DNA of 64,000 nucleotides. Source: Eledone cirrhosa. Taxonomy: Eukaryota. The number at the start of each line of letters is the position of its first letter. The stretch's first letter is position 1. The notes beneath the pieces are model-generated. The model worked only from the letters and a program-made list of their open reading frames with translations, searched no databases and had not been told where the DNA came from. Location: the NCBI GenBank assembly GCA_964016885.1, contig OZ024743.1, positions 10,168,001-10,232,000 of the forward strand. The letters run 5' to 3'. Made by a program: the position numbers and the translations under genes. Positions 53,053-64,000 of the stretch are shown here, piece after piece.

Positions 53053-53689
53053 TTATTCAGGGCTCCTGATCTCTCAGATAGGTAGGGGCTTAAAATCTCA
53101 CTTACATATCTTCCTGCACACTTCAGAGTGCACCAGATGCAATTTGTTGTACCACCAACACTAGGGAGGTTGTTTTGTCTTTGACACAACAGAAGAATCA
53201 TCTTGACAGCCTTTGGCATGATTTCTATATCTGGATGACCATCTTATAACCAACTATCATACAGGGTGTACTGAGTGCACTTTTGTAACACTAGAGAGGT
53301 TGCTTTCAGCCTTTTTGGCATGAATTCTACAGCTGGAAGCCTTTTCTAGAACAAATCAGAGAGTGTACTGAATGTGTTTTAATGCACCAGATAGGTTAAC
53401 AGTCATTAACACAAAAGCCTTCCCTGTCCTATAGAGTGTGGGTATGCCAGTATGCCGTGAGTTAGGGGCAATGGGTGGGATGTGGTTGCAGAATGGATGA
53501 GAAAGGTATTGTGATCATGTGAACATCTACTGACGAATTATGACTGGCACTTTAGGATTTGAATAGGCTGGAGGGAATTTGATATCGAATAGGATTGAGG
53601 TGGAGTATATAGTGATGGTGATGGAAGCATGAGGTCATATTTTCCTTTGAAAGGCAGGTCCTTTCCACTGCTATTTCTCTTTACTTCTT

Positions 53690-54150
53690 TATACAGTTGT
53701 CATCTACATGCATTGCATGTACACACCGACACAATGTCTTTCTTGCACATTATCTAATTTCTCTTACACTAAATTTTTCTTCATGTCATTTCATGTCATT
53801 CAACATTCATTCGAACATACTCATTTCATTTCCTCCTAGCCTTAAAAAGTCTTCTGTAGCCAAGGCCAATGTCTTACTGCCATTCAATATTGCAATCTGC
53901 ATGCAGGCATCATAGAGATAAGCTTTTTGTTGCTTGCAGAGGTACATACTCTGACTACCACATGAGAGATAAGTTGTTGGTTGTTTGCAGAGGTACTTTC
54001 TCTGGCTAGAACATTTACAGAGCATGCTTCCCCACTGCTGCTTAGGTCACCTAGCTAACAAAAACTGTTGATACCCTCAAGGGAAATTCCCTGGCAACTG
54101 AGGGAATCTATTTCATGTGTGTTCTAAATATTTGCTTCTCTTGTGCATCT
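53690..54150 (-). mobile_element. Degenerate RTE fragment
   Basis: ORF 53807-54025 contains LYDACMQIAILNGSKTLAL. Confidence 0.65.
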
Positions 54151-54861
54151 GCCATGTACAAAGTCTTCTCTCTTATGTACTGGATGTAGATGCAATCGAT
54201 TTCCCACCACCCCAACATTGCTGGTTGTAGTTCTGTAATTATAAGTATTTATGTTATTGCTATAAATATAAATTCATTGCATGCTTATCAAGCTCTTTGC
54301 TGCGATGCTTTATGTGAAATATGTATTTTCTTTATATTTGTGAGCTATTTGTTTTCGTCATTACTTTGAAGTATATTTCAATAAGTTGATTTGGTTAATG
54401 GAGCTCTTGAGCTCTTGAAATGATTTTAACATAATCCTTAATAATTTTGGTTCCTGTTGTTACTTTCTGGTCCTAATTATTTCTAAACATGAAAACAGAC
54501 TTTAAGTATTAGGCAATATGAAACCGTAGCAAACAGTAGCATTGTTTTAATCATAAACACTTTAGCTGTACAAAGTCAAGCACAAAAATAACAGTGATGA
54601 AAATATTAATTTCGACAATAAAAAAAGCATTAACAACATCACCAATAACAACCGAATATCATATTTTAAAAATTTATATGTCATAAAATATATGGAGAGG
54701 AAATGTGGAAAAAGAAAGACTGAAGAAACACTGCTGTTCCAAAAGTTTTTATATGACAACAAAGGTGAAGTTGGAAAGATTCTGGTACCACTTGGGGCAG
54801 AACCTGTGGTTCTTTAGACCTCAATAAGACATGAAAGCATATGTCTGGATGTCATTTACAT

Positions 54862-55052
54862 CGTGGTGGATTGGCAGTATCGGTAGAAGGTCGGACGCCA
54901 TGCTTTTCAGCATAGAGTTACGGCCCTTTATGATCTGAGTTCAAATCCCGCTGAGGTTAACTTTACCTTTCATCCTTATGGGGTCGGTAAAATAAAGCAC
55001 CAGTAATGTACTGGAATAATTGCTGGTCTTGTGTCAAAAATAGAAACAATTA
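54862..55052 (+). mobile_element. tRNA-SINE family A
   Basis: Full copy. Confidence 0.9.
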
Positions 55053-55935
55053 TATTGAATGCATGAGTTCCTGTGACATATAAAGTGAAATAATCATTTG
55101 AACTGGTAAAACATATTTCACTAGGTCGTGTGTTTTCTGAAATCTCATCAGATTATTTTTAAGTCAAATAATTTTTCATGGGGGTCTTTTCCATCAAGTG
55201 ATGGAGTTTTTATTTCTTGATTTTTTTTTCTTGTTTGAGAATAAAAAGTCTTTAATTTGCCAAACAGACATATATTGCCTTTAGGCATTTAATCATGGTG
55301 ATCAAAATTCAAACAGAGAAAAGTATAAATATAAAAGACATTTGTTTCTTAAAGAGATGTCTGTGACATTATAAAGATCTCACAGACGTTTCTGCTTTAA
55401 AAAATACACAGATAGAAATAACTGTTCCACTGGCAAATACATCTCTTTACACAGATATTTGCACCACAAAGTAGATACACAACTATTTTAACCCAAATTT
55501 TATTGGGGACAAAAATTATTTTACTGTTGTTGTTAGCTATGGATAAATGTTAAACATGATTTAACTAATACATGAGAAAATGGGGTGCATATATATGGTT
55601 CCCAGTCATGGAATTATGGGTTGGAAAAGTTATTGGGTGATCAGACTCAAACCTAGGTGGTGGTTTCTCATTCATATGTGAGTGGGTTGTTTTTTCTTTG
55701 GTTTTGTGTGTTATTTATACCAGTTTTAATTACATCTGTGCAAGCATACTTTGATTTAATTTTGTGTAATTTTATTAAAAATTCAGCATCTTAATACACT
55801 TACTCTTCCCTTTGTGTTTTTTTTCCAACATCACACACTTGAAACTCTTGTTTATATTTTTCTTATGTTGCATGTATGAATGGAACTTGATGGAAAATAA
55901 AGAAATTATTACTATTATTATCATTATCAGTAGTG

Positions 55936-55979
<44 letters not shown>

Positions 55980-58469
55980 CACTGTTGTTCTTTTAATAGT
56001 AATTTGTATGGAAAAAATGGAAGAAAGATGTTACTTTTGCTGTCATTTTTCAGGGAAAATGTTTTTTCTTTTCTTTTCTTTTTGCATTATGTTTTTAAGC
56101 TATTCTTAATTTCTTAGTTTGCTTTAGATGGAATCGGCAAACAGGCAAACTTTTTTATGTTTCCCTCGGCAAACTCTTTACAGAAATGTGTGTCACGAAA
56201 ATATCTCGCAAATGAAAAAATATAAATAAAAAGAGAGAATAATGTGAAAGCAAACAAAACAGCACACCAACTACTTCCTCTATTACTGTTGTTATTGTTG
56301 TTGATGATGATGATGAATAGTTAAGAATTTAGATATATCTCTATTTATTTTCCCTTGCAGATATCTCCCATTATTTTAACAGTAAATGCTGAATGAATTG
56401 TGATGCTCTTTCAGTATTTATTAAGCCCATATTTTAATATGTTAACGGAGATCATAAACTTAATTTAAGGATAGAATTCTGTCAAAATCGAAAATATCAG
56501 AGATCTATCTTCAGTAATTCCCTCTAGAACTTGAACAAATATATTTAATAATATTTACAATTAAAAAAATAATATTTAAATGAAACAAAAAAAGAAAAGG
56601 GGAAAAAAGAAAAAGAAAAATGAGAATTAAGCAACGAAAGAAAAGGAGAGAGAGAGTGATGGACAGACTCTACAGACGAATATGTGGCTGGAATATTTGT
56701 GATCATAGGTTACTCAGAGCGTGACCTGGAGTTAAATAGCAACACCAACAAGCTTCTGAATATTGTATATATTTGCTACCTATCATTTTGGTTTGTTACA
56801 TTGTTTCTGAAATGAACGTTTTCTCATTGGAATTGTAAATATATCGTGCTTGTTGAGATTTACATTGTTTGCTATTTTTTCAACCAAAACAGATATATCA
56901 TATCCTAGCTATTATGTCTGTAGAGAATTGAAACAAAACAAAATATAGATTTGGCCTCATATGGCAGTTTCGTTCAAATTTTCAGAAGGAATATAGTAAA
57001 TATAATCGACCTAGAATCTCACTAGTACTTATACTATCAATTCCACAGAGAATAATAGACAAGGTCAACTCCAGAGGGATTTGATCTTAGAATATGAATG
57101 GACATAACTAAATGCAGTGAGGAATTTAGTTTGGCACTCTACCATTTCTGACATTCCACCTTCCTTTTTAAGAATGCATTGAAATTAATGCTATTAGGTT
57201 ATTAACTTTATATTAAGGTTTTTGTGTAAACATTAATAAATCTTCAAAGATATTTCCCTGTTTCAGCCAATTATTGGATTCACAAGAACAAAAGCCACTC
57301 CAGTTTGCCTTCCATTTTCACCAACATAACTATAATGAAATCTTTTTCAACATCTAAAGCAGAAAAAAATCGTTCATAATGAAGCTTCTCATTTAACAAA
57401 TAAAAACCCATTCATACTACTAATCTTTTTGTTTACAATTTTAAAGCCTATTATATTGTTTTTTCAATGCAAATAACTTTGAAATTTGATCCTTAAAAAT
57501 CGAGGTTAAAAAAAAGAAATCTTTTCATTCCTATCCATAGATGTCTGAAAGCTAACACACTAAAACATATTTAAATTTCATCAGCACCCATGTTCTTTGA
57601 TGTTTCCTTCAGAATAATAGTAAATGGTGAGTGCTAAGACAATGTGATTGATGTTCATTTTGATGTTTCTAGGGAAAATGTGGAAAGCGGGAAATTCCAG
57701 GGAGTTGCAGTTCTGAGTAGGAATAATATAAAATTATTTAGTGCAGGAGAAGGAGATGTGAAACAAAGAAAAAGGGATGTAAAATGAGACAGGTGATCAA
57801 GATGAGAAAGGGGATGTTGTTGTAATGGCAGAAGAAGCAAAAAGAATAAATAGTCTATCTGTGAGAGAATGAACATAATGTCTTTTAAAATCAGTCAGGT
57901 GGGTTGTTTGGTTATGCAAACTGCTATGGTTATGCAAATAGTACTCCAATGTCTTAATGGGACTTAATAGAGGTTAAAAAAAGTCAGGCTTGTAGTATTT
58001 TCTGGTTTTAAATAAGAATCGAGGTATCTGTAATGCAATGTGATATATAATCAACTGGCATGAGAAGCCATACGATATTGTGAGTCATTTGTAGTAATAT
58101 TGGAAAAGTGAATTGTGTTGTTCATGAATAGATAGATTCAGGAACAAAACATTCATTGATACATATATTGGTTGTATCTTTATGCTGTAGAAAGAGGCTG
58201 ACATGTGCTAATTGAACATTGTTTATGAGGCATCGGTTCATAGGAGAATATAGGTCTTATGTAAATTGTTTAGATTGTTATAAGAATGCAGGAAACGTCT
58301 AATATTAAAAAATTGAGGCAGCCAGTCTGCTTAGCTCTGTAGTTTTCATGACGTACATTATCAAAGACCTTGCAAAAAATCAAATCTCAGCAAATTACTA
58401 TTGGCAAAGTAATCAAGAATGAGAGATCACTCGTGAATGAAATAGAAGAACCCAGAGTTGACAGCACTG

Positions 58470-58621
58470 TTGCTTGCTACCTAAGGCTTCAAAGCTTAGC
58501 CTGTATTACTCATAAAGTTATCTCATGGTCTGCTTCTTCGAAGAGAAGAAAACCCTTGGGTGGACCATAATACTTTATGCACAATACAGGGACAATCTCT
58601 AAAATCTTAGGTAGCAAGCAA
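58470..58621. repeat. ~150-bp imperfect hairpin / small MITE
   Basis: ttgcttgctacctaag ... cttaggtagcaagcaa (16-bp perfect IR); inner arms cctgtatt..cataaagt / actttatg..aatacagg. Confidence 0.7.
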
Positions 58622-58705
58622 TTGTGTTGAGTTACATTAACTTTGTAGATAACATAAAGTGTTATTTTTCTTTCATCCAGTCCAGTCTATGGAATCCTTT
58701 TGCAC

Positions 58706-58821
<116 letters not shown>

Positions 58822-59609
58822 AGTGAGTGTGTGTTGAAATGCTTCAAACCACTTTAGGTTGTAGGAATTAAGGAAGATAGGTTGTAAATTGACAGTATTG
58901 CTTTATTGGTTTCAAAACAGAAAGAAAATGTTGAAGTGGTTTCTAACAGAGCCATTTGAGTTTTAGAATTAGTATACTCTTTTACTGTTATGCTTTTGAT
59001 AAACTGTGTCCATACAAAGACACCACATTCTAAAATTTTTGGTCAATTTGGTCAATTCCATTGACCAAATTACTTATATTAACAGGATGAATTTATTTTA
59101 TTGACCTAAGAAGGATGAAGATGAGGTGGATTTGAGCGGAATTTGAACCAAATACTACAAATAATGTTCTCTGATACTTTCTTTATTCAAAGACCTACCA
59201 TGGGTAGTTTATAGACATGGAAAGTAACAAAAATCCTTCAAATTTGTGCAGCAGGGAAGATTGCAGATTTTCTCATGCACAAATATATAATTTGGTTGTT
59301 CTGGAGTCATTGTAGAAGGGTGGCTAAAGGTTAAGAAGTTTGGAAACATAATGGATATGGGAGTACATTTCTAAGAGTATTGTTTCCATTATCCACATAG
59401 CTGTTTCAGTAAATATTGAGAACAAAGCTATTTGCTGCCAAGATATAGTTTCAATATAAATACGTTAAAATTTTATCATATATCACAATGTGATAATATG
59501 GATCATTTTTGTTGTGCAAACGTTAGAGAACTGAGTTCACAACAGCATTTAAAACAAAGTTTGTTCGGCTCATGAGGCACACATTTATAGAGTGCTTTTT
59601 CCTTGCTTT

Positions 59610-60160
59610 TCATCATCATCATTTTACGTCCACTTTTCCCTGCTTGCAAGGGTTGGACAGGTCCTATTCAGCACAGCATCTCTCCACTTGTCATGGTCCT
59701 TCGTCATCTCCTTGGTGAGTTTCAGCGATCTGAGGTCTGCTCTCACCACCTCCACCCATGTTTTATGTGCATCTTCCTTCAACTGGGATTTCTTGGCACT
59801 TCTTTACCCAGCGATCATCCTCCATGCGCATCACATGTCCATACCATCTCAGCCTTCTCTCCTGCACACCACAACTTATTTCTCTTATACCCAGTTTCTT
59901 TCTCAACTCGCCTATGCTTGGTCGTTCATGCACATTGACATTGCACATCCAACAGAGCATACTTGCTTCATTTCTCTCCAGCCGTCGCATATCCTCTGCA
60001 GTTGCTGCCCATGTCTCACTACCATGCAGCATTACGCATCTCAAACAGGCATCATACAACCGTCCTTTCGTACACAGGGAGAAACCCTTCTTTGTCAACA
60101 GAGGAGGCAGCTCCCTAAACTTCTACCCGTCCTTATTCTAGATACTATGGCCTCGGAACA
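59610..60160 (-). mobile_element. RTE 3' fragment
   Basis: ORF 59763-60098 has GRLYDACL..LHGSETW..RRLRWYGHVMRM; (gat)n tail. Confidence 0.9.
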
Positions 60161-60414
60161 TGCGATACAAATGTCATACAACTGTTAAATGGACAACACT
60201 TAGTTCTGCAACATCTCAAATTGGTTTTCTTGGGTTTATTGCAATAAGGGCTTTCACTTTTTATTGTCAATCACGATGTCATCTGCAACCTCCCAAATAT
60301 GTAGGGTTACATCTCCACTTGAAAATTTTAAGAACCAATGTTGAAAGTCCCCTGGCCATATGCTTGGACGATACTGCGACTAGTTTCCTCTGCTTTGTGT
60401 TGCGGGCCTTTTGA

Positions 60415-60520
60415 AATAATTGTTTCTACTTTAGGCACAATACCAGAAATAACCCAGTGCATTACTGGTACTTTATTTTATCGACCCCGTAAGGATGAAA
60501 GGCAAAGTAAACCTCGGCGA
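60415..60520 (-). mobile_element. 5'-truncated family A SINE
   Basis: Family A 3' half. Confidence 0.85.
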
Positions 60521-60929
60521 AATAATACAATATAATCACTTGATTTTATATTTTTCCATCTTTAATATGACAATCTAAAATAAACAGTGAAAGCAAATCA
60601 ATTTGAATAAATAAATAGACAGGTTTATGCTTCAAAATGGCATATTACATGAACATAGTTAAATTAAAATTTATTCCAAAAATTTAACTAAACAGCCATG
60701 ATTATTTTCACATCAACCCAATATATATTACTGTAAAGAACTACATGGGGTGTGTGTAGATACAGCAGGAATAAAATAAAGTGTGTTTACACATCATTCT
60801 TTTTAGAGTGAGGCTTTTAATTTATAGACTTTAGCTAAATCTACAGTGTGACTTGTATAAAATTTATTATCATTATCATTTGTCTTATGTTTTATTGGAT
60901 GCCATCACTGTATTACTGAGCACAGCTCT

Positions 60930-61950
60930 GTGTGGCTTGGGTGTTTGCAGTGTTGTTTTTTATTGTATTGAAAGTATTCTTTAAATGTATGCACTGCCTA
61001 GTAGTGGTATTTTCTCTGTGCTGTAATTATTTGTAAGTACTGGGAGGCGGGGGGGGGGGGGGGGGATATGTATCTGCCTGTGTATTTTTTTATCATTCCC
61101 AGAGCACCTATTATTATAGAGATTGGTATCATGCAAAGTACAAAAATCAGTGGTGACAGGCTATCACCTTGAAATATACCTTTCTGGATTTCTATTGTCA
61201 CTAAGCATCTACTTTTCCATACTTTTTCTTGCGAATCACTCAATATTTGATGCAATGCCAAATAGGTTTACACCTTTCATGATTCAAAAATGCAGAATCA
61301 TATCATAGACTTTGTGATAATCACTACACATGGCCAAGCTGATTTTCCTCCTCTTGCAATCCCTAAGTAGTGTTATATCTATCAGAAGTTGGTCCTTGGT
61401 ACATCTGCACTTACACTTGCATTCTTTCTGATCATCTAGTAAAGCTCTGTTTTTATCAAGATGACCATACATTGATACAGCGATTTTTCAAGTCAATAAC
61501 TTCCTCATAAGTGATAAGCATGGTATCAGTCTGTAGTTGTCCTTTTGTGATGTCTTACAAGCAGAAAACTGTCCTGTCCTTTGTCAGCCACTCCAGTATC
61601 ACTTAGGATTTAGCAAGATGTTGAGTTGTACATAACATTCACTAAATCTTTTGATCCAGCAAACTTGAACTCCATCTGGTCCCCAGAGACTTCCAATTTC
61701 TCATTTTTTTTTCTAATTTCCTTCATATTCCTTCATATTCATAACTGAAATGTTTAGTTCTGTCTGTGGTGGGCAAATTGTTGTTTGTTTCAGTTCTGCA
61801 TCCTTCTTGTGCTCCTCCTCTTTATTCCAAATGTCACTCCAAAACTTTCATTGTTATCTGGTATTATCACTTCATCTGTATACCCTTCACTGATTGTTTG
61901 GTAAAATCTATTTTTCTCTACTAAGAATAATCTATTTTGCTGATATGGCT
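60930..61950 (-). pseudogene. Degenerate R4/Dong-like non-LTR retrotransposon RT
   Basis: IQKGIFQGDSLSPLIFVLCMIP; TKDQLLID; DYHKVYDM; NRLF..KNRFY. Confidence 0.75.
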
Positions 61951-62309
61951 GCCTCCTCGTTCTTCTTCTCCTCCTTATTCTTCTTCTTCTTCTTCTTCTT
62001 CTTCTCCTCCTCATTCTGCAGACCTATCAAGTGCATGTCAGAGATCAACTTCTGATGAAGCTGGATGGATGTAGACATTGAATAAAGAAAAATTGGAATT
62101 TATATACTGTTAATAACAAAAGAAGTGTTTGCTCTCCTGGAATCAGTTTACAGTAACAATTATTTTGGAGCAATTAGATGTTTGTATCAATAGGCTATTT
62201 AAGGCTAAGATGAGAATTAAATAAAGGCTAAATGACGGAGAAAATATGGTAAAAACTGAATGATTGCATTATTATAAAATCATTAAAATATGTGAAACTT
62301 TGAATGAAT

Positions 62310-62610
62310 AGAGAAAGGCAGAACTTGGATGAACTGAGAGAGAAACTGGATTTAATAGGAATCTGAAGTAGTGTGAAAAGATGAGACTGCATTGATACGG
62401 GCATGTGGTGTGCATGGATGATCACTGGATGAAGAAGTGCCTGGAAATCCCAGTGGAAGGAAGCCACAATGGAGCTAGACCAAAGAAGAGCTGGTCAGAG
62501 GTGGTGAGAGCTGATCTTAAATGCTGAAGGGATGCAGTAAGAGGAGAGGTTCTGTGTTGAAGAGGACCCATCCAACCCATGCAAGCAATATGAACATAAA
62601 AATAATGACG
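62310..62610 (+). mobile_element. Degenerate RTE 3' fragment
   Basis: ggatgaactgagagagaaactgg...ggacccatccaacccatgcaagc. Confidence 0.7.
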
Positions 62611-63379
62611 TCAATGAAGAAAATGATAATGAGCACAGAAGACATATATTTATAGGATGATGATGAAGAAACAGATTATGAGCAGCCTATAATTATGGAC
62701 TTTTATGATAAAGAGAATCTGTATGATGGTATAACTCACTCTGACTATTATGAAGGTTTATTTAGTTCTGATGAGGATAAACAGTGTGATGATATAGAAT
62801 TTTAATGGAATTTTTTGTTTGAATTCTTTAGGATTCATCTTGTAATCTTATTTTAAAGTCATTTTAAATATTTATTTTGTATTTTTTTCCTAATATATAA
62901 AGTTTACAAATTAATTTTCATTCACCATATTTATCATTTTCATTTTGATATTTAAGCCATAACCCTTTCTAATGAAAACCACTGTCTATATATTTGAAGT
63001 GATTTTAAAAACGATGAAAATTTTGAATGAATTTATGGCAATGACGTTTTCATAATTAAACTGACGTTTGGAACATAACAAAACATTTCATAAATAAAAT
63101 TATGATCGAAGGTTTTAATCTGATGACCGTATCACTATCTACCACCTATGACCTGTTCTCTGACAGATCAGATCTGCTGGTTAATTGTGACATAAACAGG
63201 CATCTGCAAGACAAATAAGCAGTCAAGGACCAACAGCTGTAAAGTACAAGGGTAGATGGAGCAAAAGGTGACAACTTTAGCTTCCAAGAAAACACTCACA
63301 ACACAGTGATGTAGCTATGACAAGGTGAGCAAAAGCCACCTCTAAAGAAGCTTAGTCTTCACAGGTTTGAGAAAGTACC

Positions 63380-63940
63380 AGAATGGTGACTGGTGTGAAT
63401 AAGACCATCAAAACTGGTGTGGAGTAAGAAAAAGAATCATACTGCATTATCCTTCATGCAGGTTAACAAAAGAAGTGCTCATGCGTTAGGTAGAGGGACC
63501 TGTTAAGAAAATATATTGCACTCTCCATTTTCTTCAGAAAAAACTGGGAATGGGCCTGCAACCTGTTCGAGGATGTACACACAATGATTTTGTATCCTGA
63601 GACCCCAAAGTGTGTTCTGAATACAGCTGTTTCTTCCTTGAGGAAGTCACTAAAGCACTAGATGTAGTTATGACTGATTCATATAACCTAATGGGAGAAT
63701 TCAATGCACATGTTGGCACAGTCCACCAGATACAGAAAGGAATGGTGATCTCAATCTAAATATGAATGACAAGGCCTTATTAGACTCTACATGTGAATGG
63801 AGTTCCACTGAAGCAGGTGGAGATGTCCAAGTATCTCAGGGCCATGTTCACGAGTGACGGAATGCAGATGGCTGAATTAATTGCAAGAATTGCAGGAACT
63901 GGTGCAGTAATGTGCTAGCTTCAAAGTTCAGTAAGAAGAA
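63380..63940 (+). mobile_element. Degenerate RTE fragments (APE and RT pieces)
   Basis: atgggagaattcaatgcacatgttggc (MGEFNAHVG, cf. GDFNAHVG); caagtatctcagggccatgttcacgagtgacgg (KYL..FTSDG). Confidence 0.65.
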
Positions 63941-64000
63941 GATTTTGATATATTCATGAACACTTTGAAATGGGCAGTTTCGTATAATAAGACCAGAGCC

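Overview
AT-rich, microsatellite-rich eukaryotic genomic DNA with no supportable host gene. The SINE/RTE repertoire suggests an octopus-like cephalopod (inference). The window is a mosaic of transposable elements. These include two large RTE LINE copies with an internal PHD-like finger, many degenerate RTE fragments, an R4/Dong-like fragment, two tRNA-SINE families, and Merlin, piggyBac, pogo and Helitron-like non-autonomous elements. There are also Penelope-like element (PLE) remnants resembling at least three clades. The most striking signal is non-coding: about 10 minimal type I hammerhead ribozyme motifs with palindromic helix III, several with intact cores. Many sit in short fold-back elements with a shared architecture (inverted short arm plus long arm with tail, inserted in (TA)n), including a ~438-bp terminally redundant, retrozyme-like monomer. 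A Merlin-like MITE carries histone-3'-stem-loop-like hairpins in both arms. Coordinates were read by eye; boundaries of degenerate elements are approximate.
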